NCBI RefSeq assembly: GCF_000017845.1
Contig: NC_010546.1
Span: 720,001 to 752,000 of the forward strand
Direction of reading: 5' to 3'
DNA length: 32,000 bases
Origin: Crocosphaera subtropica ATCC 51142
GTDB lineage: Bacteria; Cyanobacteriota; Cyanobacteriia; Cyanobacteriales; Microcystaceae
Numbering within the stretch: the stretch's first letter is position 1; each line of letters opens with the position of its first letter. Under the pieces are notes generated by a model that was not told the DNA's origin, did no database searches, and saw only the letters and a list, made by a program, of their open reading frames with translations. The translations under genes were made by a program, and so were the position numbers. Below, piece after piece: positions 26,911-32,000 of the stretch.

Positions 26911-27588
26911 ATGGATATTCAATTAATACATCAACCCGACAGTGCGATCGCTAAAGTGATCTTAAATGCCGGAGAGGAAATTGTCGCACAAGCTGGTTCA
27001 ATGGTGGCGATGAGTGGATTTATTAACACCAGTACCACCCTCAGACAAGGAAAAGGTGGGGGGATTATGGGAGGATTTAAACGAATATTAGGGGGTGAAT
27101 CTCTCTTTTTAAGTGTGTTTCGCTCCCCAACTGCAGAAGGAGAGGTTTTTCTTGCCCCTAGATTGATGGGTGATATCTTAGTGTATGAAATGCAAGGTCA
27201 AGAATTGGTAGTACAAGCAGCCTCTTATTTAGCCTCTGCTAATGATGTAGACCTCGATTTAGGGTTTCAAGGGATGAAATCTCTGTTTTCTGGGGAATCA
27301 ATTTTCTGGTTGAGTGTGACAGGATATGGACCAGTCATTTTAACTTCCTTTGGCGGCATTTATGAAATCGACGTGGATGGGGATTATGTGGTAGATACGG
27401 GTCATATTGTCGCTTTTGAAAAAACGTTAGATTTTCGCATTGATAAAGCTAATTCGAGTTGGCTAGGGGCATTTTTTGGGGGTGAAGGATTTATTTGTCG
27501 TTTTCATGGCAAGGGTAAAGTCTATTGTCAAACCCATAACCCCGGTGGTTTTGGTTCTATTGTTGGTTCTCAATTACCGCCTAAATAA
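26911..27588 (+). CDS. AIM24 / TIGR00266 (DUF124) family protein, paralogue 2
   Basis: AGSMVAMS, ILGGESLFLSVF, FSGESIFWLSVTGYGPVIL, GEGFICRFHGKGKVYCQT. It starts 5 nt after paralogue 1. Confidence 0.85.
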   Translation: MDIQLIHQPDSAIAKVILNAGEEIVAQAGSMVAMSGFINTSTTLRQGKGGGIMGGFKRILGGESLFLSVFRSPTAEGEVFLAPRLMGDILVYEMQGQELVVQAASYLASANDVDLDLGFQGMKSLFSGESIFWLSVTGYGPVILTSFGGIYEIDVDGDYVVDTGHIVAFEKTLDFRIDKANSSWLGAFFGGEGFICRFHGKGKVYCQTHNPGGFGSIVGSQLPPK

Positions 27589-27693
27589 GTACCTGGACAA
27601 AAATCAACGTTACTGTGAAGTGAGCAGCGAGCAGAGGAAGCAGGGAGAAGGGTTACAGCTTGTTTACATTTTTTAAGACAGTTGATTATATTC
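27587..27693 (+). repeat. MITE-like repeat copy (reference copy of the family)
   Basis: Both ends match inverted copies at 9213-9344 and 29305-29432. An internal short inverted repeat AATCAAC (27602-27608) / GTTGATT (27681-27687) is present. The element begins inside the TAA stop of paralogue 2. Confidence 0.7.
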
Positions 27694-27735
27694 ATGTCCA
27701 ACTATTTAGTTCTTTGTTATTTCAGGTAAATTTAG

Positions 27736-28434
27736 ATGTCAAACATTACTTATCAAATTGAACATTCTCCTGCTTATGCTTCGTTAATTCTTGATTTACG
27801 GCCTCAGCAAACTGTTTTAGTAGAAGCTTCGGCGATGGCTGCAATGGATACCTCTGTGAAAATGCAATCTAAGATTAGAGGAGGATTAATGAAAGGTGTG
27901 GGTCGAATGTTAGGGGGTGAATCTCTTTTTATTAATCAATTTACAGCAAAAAATGATTCAGGAAGAGTTTATGTTTCCCCTGGAGTGCCTGGGGATATCC
28001 AACACTATTCTATCGAGAATCATTGCGGTTTATTGGTTCAATCATCGGGGTTTGTTGCCTGTAGCGATACGGTACAAATAGATACCCAGTTTCAAGGATT
28101 CAAAGGTTTTTTTAGTGGAGAATCTTTATTTTTATTAAGAGTAACAGGGCGGGGAGATTTTTGGTTTAGTTCCTATGGGGCTATTTTAGAAGTTCCTGTT
28201 ACGAAAGATTATGTAGTTGATACCGGTTATGTCGTCGCTTTTGAAGATACCCTAAATTATAATGTAGAAATGATTGGCGGTTTATCTTTTAGAAATTTAA
28301 AAACAGGAATTTTAGGGGGTGAAGGATTAGTTTGTCGGTTTAGTGGCAAAGGTCGTCTCTGGATTCAAAGTCGTGCTATTTATCCCCTACTCAATTTTTT
28401 ACATCCCTTTCGACCGACTAAAAGTAGTAATTAA
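27736..28434 (+). CDS. AIM24 / TIGR00266 (DUF124) family protein, paralogue 3
   Basis: ASAMAAMD, MLGGESLFINQF, FSGESLFLLRVTGRGDFWF, GEGLVCRFSGKGRLWIQS. Confidence 0.85.
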   Translation: MSNITYQIEHSPAYASLILDLRPQQTVLVEASAMAAMDTSVKMQSKIRGGLMKGVGRMLGGESLFINQFTAKNDSGRVYVSPGVPGDIQHYSIENHCGLLVQSSGFVACSDTVQIDTQFQGFKGFFSGESLFLLRVTGRGDFWFSSYGAILEVPVTKDYVVDTGYVVAFEDTLNYNVEMIGGLSFRNLKTGILGGEGLVCRFSGKGRLWIQSRAIYPLLNFLHPFRPTKSSN

Positions 28435-28438
28435 AATT

Positions 28439-29239
28439 ATGAGTGATCGCAATCCGCCACCGAGTTCCCGTCAACTCTTAATTTTATTAGGAATTTTTCT
28501 GATCCTTATTATCTTCATTATTCAGTTAATCTCATTTTTAGTAGATTGGGGAATTACCTATATTCCTATTAGTTGGGAACAACAATTAGGATCGATGATT
28601 GTTCCTATTTATGAAGAAAAAGCACAAGATTCTCCTCAACAACAAGTTCTTAATCAACTATTAGATCGCTTAGAATCTCAAATAGATAATGAGTCCCTAG
28701 CAAAAAGAAATTATCGAGTCATATATATTCCAGAAAATACGGTAAATGCTTTTGCCATTCCTGGAGACGTTATTGGGGTTTTTCAAGGTTTAGTAGAAAA
28801 AATAAATTCAGAAAATGAATTAATGATGATTTTAAGTCATGAATTAGGGCATTTTTTTCATCGGGATCATCTTCGAGGTTTGGGAAAAACATTAATGATT
28901 CGAGTAGCGATCGCAACCCTTTTAGGAGATAAAACCTTTTTATCAAATAGTATGGCAACTATTACCGAAACTATCAGCAAAACTCACTATTCTCGCTCTC
29001 AAGAATATCAAGCTGATGAATATGGTTTAACGTTATTAAATAAAACTTATGGTCATGTGGCAGGAGCAACGGATTTTTTCGAGAATTTTGAAGAAAAAGA
29101 AACGTTAAATTGGGTTTTTTTTTCTAGTCATCCCACTTCAAAAAAACGGGTGAAAAGACTCAATCAATTAATCAAACAACGACAATATAAAATTGGGGCT
29201 TACTCTCAGTTAGACTCTGATTTACTACAACTTGATTAA
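28439..29239 (+). CDS. M48 family zinc metallopeptidase, membrane-anchored
   Basis: HExxH in LSHELGHFFHRDH, downstream EYQADEYG, and an N-terminal TM LLILLGIFLILIIFIIQLISFLV. ATG 28439 (MSDRNPPP) is preferred over the track start at 28343, which overlaps the previous gene. Confidence 0.8.
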   Translation: MSDRNPPPSSRQLLILLGIFLILIIFIIQLISFLVDWGITYIPISWEQQLGSMIVPIYEEKAQDSPQQQVLNQLLDRLESQIDNESLAKRNYRVIYIPENTVNAFAIPGDVIGVFQGLVEKINSENELMMILSHELGHFFHRDHLRGLGKTLMIRVAIATLLGDKTFLSNSMATITETISKTHYSRSQEYQADEYGLTLLNKTYGHVAGATDFFENFEEKETLNWVFFSSHPTSKKRVKRLNQLIKQRQYKIGAYSQLDSDLLQLD

Positions 29240-29304
29240 TAATTTTTGAGAAAGACAGAAAATAAATTCTTAACCAGTTACTAACCTGAGTTCGATATAA
29301 AAAA

Positions 29305-29432
29305 ATCTATAGATAACTTGTCAAAATAAGAAGTCTCAAACCCTGATTCCCTAGTTAAAACAATCCTAACTCCGACTTCCGAACTCCTAAGACTGAACTG
29401 ACGTTGTAACGTTTATTTTTGTTTAGGTACTT
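29305..29432 (-). repeat. MITE-like repeat copy
   Basis: The reverse complement of 29401-29432 is AAGTACCTAAACAAAAATAAACGTTACAACGT, against AAGTACCTGGACAAAAATCAACGTTACTGTGA at 27587. The tail near 29305-29330 resembles TTAAGACAGTTGATTATATT more weakly, and the interior differs. Confidence 0.55.
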
Positions 29433-29439
29433 AGTCGGA

Positions 29440-29548
29440 TCTAATACCAAATCCGCTTATCATCGTAGAGTAATCTTCTTTCTCCCTCTGCCTCCTCTGC
29501 TCCCTCTGCCTTCGTCGGCTCATTAAGTCTTTATCTTTTCTTAAGAAA
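29440..29548 (-). repeat. Degenerate MITE-like repeat copy adjacent to the previous one
   Basis: TCTCCCTCTGCCTCCTCTGCTCCCTCTGCCTTCGTCGGCTCATTAAG aligns by eye with CCTCTCCCTTTGCTCCCCCGCTCATTTCACAG of copy 9213-9344. Boundaries are approximate. Confidence 0.4.
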
Positions 29549-29646
29549 ACTGAAATTAAAGTAAAGATTTTCTATTAGTGAAGCATCATTAGTATGATTT
29601 TCGTCAGGGAAAGGGAAGACTATTTTAAACCTTCAACTTTGAGCTA

Positions 29647-29973
29647 ATGGTTATGATGCTACTTTCTTCAAAAACATCACTAACGATTCAAACTAATTCC
29701 AACAGACCAATAGAGGGAGTATTTGATGATATTTATCAGAAGCATTGGTTTGAGGACAGAATTACCATTAATGGTATTCATATTCCCATAAAATTTTCAG
29801 ATTCTCGTGAAAACTTTTTGCCTTCTCAAGAAACAATTAGTGCTTGGTGTTTAGCTCATTACGGACTTAGTAATCTCTTGGACTTAGAGCCGGAACAAAT
29901 AGAAGAATCTATTGAAAAATTAGCCACTTGGTGGGTCAGCGTTTCGATGATTAAACTAAAGTCAACTTTTTAG
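29647..29973 (+). CDS. Hypothetical protein
   Basis: 108-aa ORF in an otherwise empty 0.9-kb gap, with no recognisable motif. Start uncertain. Confidence 0.35.
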   Translation: MVMMLLSSKTSLTIQTNSNRPIEGVFDDIYQKHWFEDRITINGIHIPIKFSDSRENFLPSQETISAWCLAHYGLSNLLDLEPEQIEESIEKLATWWVSVSMIKLKSTF

Positions 29974-30134
29974 TCTCAACTGTCATAATCAACAATTTTT
30001 TGTACAACCGATGGTTCTCTTTGCTAAAGTTATATCTCATCTTTAAAAATAAAGAAATATTGATTTTTAGGTAATCAGATTAGGGAACAATCATATGGCA
30101 ATAAAGATTAAGAATTTACAATCTTTGAAAGCCT

Positions 30135-31838
30135 TTAACCATGATGATGTCTATTGAACTTATAAGTTAAGCCAAGGCCAAAAATGCCAAGACCCAATAA
30201 ACTTAAAGGGGAAGCGTTTTCAGGAACCGATTTTAAAGAAAAGGTTTGAATTGAATTATCAACATCCCCGGCTACATAAACCGTATCATCAATTAATGTT
30301 ACTCCTGTCATTCCATAAGGGGGAGGCCCACCAGGGAATCCTAAAAGGCCGATGGGCAAATCAGTGGCTAAAGTTTTTGTTTTACCAGTTGTAATATTAA
30401 TGGTCTTAAGACTTCGAGTCCCAATTTCAGCAACTACAGCAATACCATCAGCATGATAAGCAACCCCTTCAGGTTGTAATAACCCTGTAGCAATAACATC
30501 GACCTCTCCTGTTACGAGATTAATCATTGAAAGCCGATTACCCAGAGATTCGCTGACTAAAATCCTATTATCATCAACAACAGCTAAACCCGTTGGACAA
30601 AATAAATTATTAGCTGCTACACCTCGTTGATCCCCTGCTGTATTAAGAATTTGTGTAACTTGTCCCAAAAGGCAATCAGCGACTAAAATGCTGCCATTGC
30701 CCAATTCCACGGCATCGTAAGGTAAGCCAAAACCCTGGTAATTATTCAATAGGGACCCAGTATTGCGATCTAATCTTTGTACAGCCCCACTAAACCAACT
30801 ACTTGTTAAGATATGATTTTCGTTGGCAAAAGCATTGAGGGGAAATTGAATCGGGTTAATAATAGTCTCTTCTATCAAACCACTCTCTCGATCTACTACT
30901 CTGTAACTGTAAGTATCGGCAACATAGAGTTTGTTGCCAAAAGCTGCAATTCCATGAGGTAACGTTAGTCCTCCACTTTCAAGAACCAAGCGAACCTCAC
31001 CGGTTTCTGTATTAATTTCATGAATTGTTCCATCGACGTTATTGGTGACATAAAGCAAGTCGTTAGAACTAAATACCATACTATCAAGACCTGGAGACAG
31101 AGAAACCACAACCTCTGTTGCACCGGTAAGAGGATCGATTTGTACCACTTCACCGTCAAGATTATTTAAAGCAAAGAGTTCACCAGAGGAATTAAATTTG
31201 ACTGCAGTAACAACGGATAAACCAGCGGTGACTGGTTGACTGACACCGGTATCTACATCAATTTTAACTACTGCTCCAGCTAACTGTAGAGGACTATATA
31301 AGAGTCCATCAGGACCAAAATCAAAAGAGTTCAAGAATCCTGGATTATTGTTAATCAATGTTGGTGGTTGTGATCCCGTAGCGTCAATTTCAAACAAACC
31401 ATCACCCTGAGGTGTTAAACTTTGAGCGACAAAAATACGACCATCATCTTTTTGAGTGATGGGATTAACACTGGGTAAATTGGAAACAATGGTGTTAAAG
31501 TCTCCTGTTATGGGATCAAAAGTTCTCACTTGGCCACTGAGGGGTGCTGTGTAAAAAAGTGTACCGTCAGCAGAAAAGAAAAAATCATCTCCTTGACCTT
31601 GAGGCGCATTAATAAAAGTCTCAAATTCACCGTTGTTAATGTCAACTCGATAGAGAGTTTGTTCAGCGACACTTCCTACATAAAGCTCTCCTATACTATC
31701 AAAATTGATGCCGTTAAGTCCTTTAAAAGGTGATGGAGAGATTAGTACATTAGCCTGAACTTTTTGACTATTCATTAGAAACAAACTGCTGATTAAAATT
31801 AGACAAAATTGTCTATAGTTATTGAGATATTTTTTCAT
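30135..31838 (-). CDS. Secreted beta-propeller repeat protein (NHL/SMP-30-like blades) with C-terminal PEP-CTERM-type sorting signal
   Basis: Signal peptide MKKYLNNYRQFCLILISSLFLMNSQKVQA. Repeated blade-like units (LYVT/LFAL/LYVAD ... G.V..ID..TG). C-terminus VPENASPLSLLGLGIFGLGLTYKFNRHHHG has a PE motif, a hydrophobic helix and a basic tail. Confidence 0.7.
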   Translation of the reverse strand: MKKYLNNYRQFCLILISSLFLMNSQKVQANVLISPSPFKGLNGINFDSIGELYVGSVAEQTLYRVDINNGEFETFINAPQGQGDDFFFSADGTLFYTAPLSGQVRTFDPITGDFNTIVSNLPSVNPITQKDDGRIFVAQSLTPQGDGLFEIDATGSQPPTLINNNPGFLNSFDFGPDGLLYSPLQLAGAVVKIDVDTGVSQPVTAGLSVVTAVKFNSSGELFALNNLDGEVVQIDPLTGATEVVVSLSPGLDSMVFSSNDLLYVTNNVDGTIHEINTETGEVRLVLESGGLTLPHGIAAFGNKLYVADTYSYRVVDRESGLIEETIINPIQFPLNAFANENHILTSSWFSGAVQRLDRNTGSLLNNYQGFGLPYDAVELGNGSILVADCLLGQVTQILNTAGDQRGVAANNLFCPTGLAVVDDNRILVSESLGNRLSMINLVTGEVDVIATGLLQPEGVAYHADGIAVVAEIGTRSLKTINITTGKTKTLATDLPIGLLGFPGGPPPYGMTGVTLIDDTVYVAGDVDNSIQTFSLKSVPENASPLSLLGLGIFGLGLTYKFNRHHHG

Positions 31839-32000
31839 TTTTGATGAAACGATTAGAATTTCTGCGTCAATACTATATCAAGTAAATTTGAAAAAAGCTT
31901 AAAAAATAAAAAAATATAGGGTTTTGAAGAACTTCCAATGTATTGTTTTATTTTCCAGAACACTGGGCAGCCAAACCCATCTAGTATTGGAAGTCCCCCT

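Noticed and set aside
27476-27676. 66-aa plus-strand ORF spanning the end of AIM24 paralogue 2 and the spacer
   Set aside because: Its 5' half is out of frame inside a supported CDS, and its 3' half is read-through of the MITE-like repeat.
28343-28438. Upstream extension of the M48 peptidase ORF, plus minus-strand ORFs 26218..26436 and 28770..28958
   Set aside because: The extension overlaps the C-terminus of AIM24 paralogue 3 in another frame. The ATG at 28439, 4 nt after that gene's stop, gives a sensible N-terminus. The minus-strand ORFs are antisense shadows.
30965-31733. ORFs 30965..31159 (-) and 31530..31733 (+) within the beta-propeller gene
   Set aside because: They are out of frame or antisense to the long 567-aa ORF, which has a signal peptide, a repeat architecture and a sorting signal.

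Overview
This is cyanobacterial chromosomal DNA. It is AT-rich, has many HIP1 GCGATCGC palindromes, and carries a cyanobacterial-type gshA, a PatA-type Tax/Pil/Hmp-like chemosensory operon and a PEP-CTERM protein. Bases 1-14.2 kb look like ordinary core genome: a 5'-truncated GT1 glycosyltransferase, a five-gene chemotaxis-like operon (PatA-type regulator, CheY, CheW, Cache/HAMP MCP, hybrid CheA), a hypothetical gene, gshA, trmL and a LysM/M23 peptidase. At 14.29 kb a tRNA(CAU) gene marks the left end of an ~11.6 kb integrative island that is visibly more AT-rich. The island is bounded by ~190 bp imperfect direct repeats, each containing a complete, identical copy of the tRNA. It carries a tyrosine integrase, a small RHH-like regulator preceded by a perfect palindrome, and a PrimPol/PriCT/RecA-like-helicase replication protein followed by an iteron-like array. 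After ~1.5 kb of non-coding DNA comes a tightly coupled two-gene operon: a 1188-aa Ser/Thr kinase::Upf1-like SF1 helicase fusion and a 475-aa wHTH::PLD (single HKD) nuclease. This pair is the best candidate for a defence system in the window; its architecture matches what I recall of type I Mokosh. Right of the island are three tandem AIM24/TIGR00266 paralogues plus an M48 protease, a hypothetical ORF and a secreted beta-propeller PEP-CTERM protein. At least five copies of a ~110-140 bp MITE-like repeat family sit in intergenic spacers and at gene 3' ends. I saw no CRISPR array, rRNA or transposase. All calls rest on reading motifs by eye; no database search was possible.
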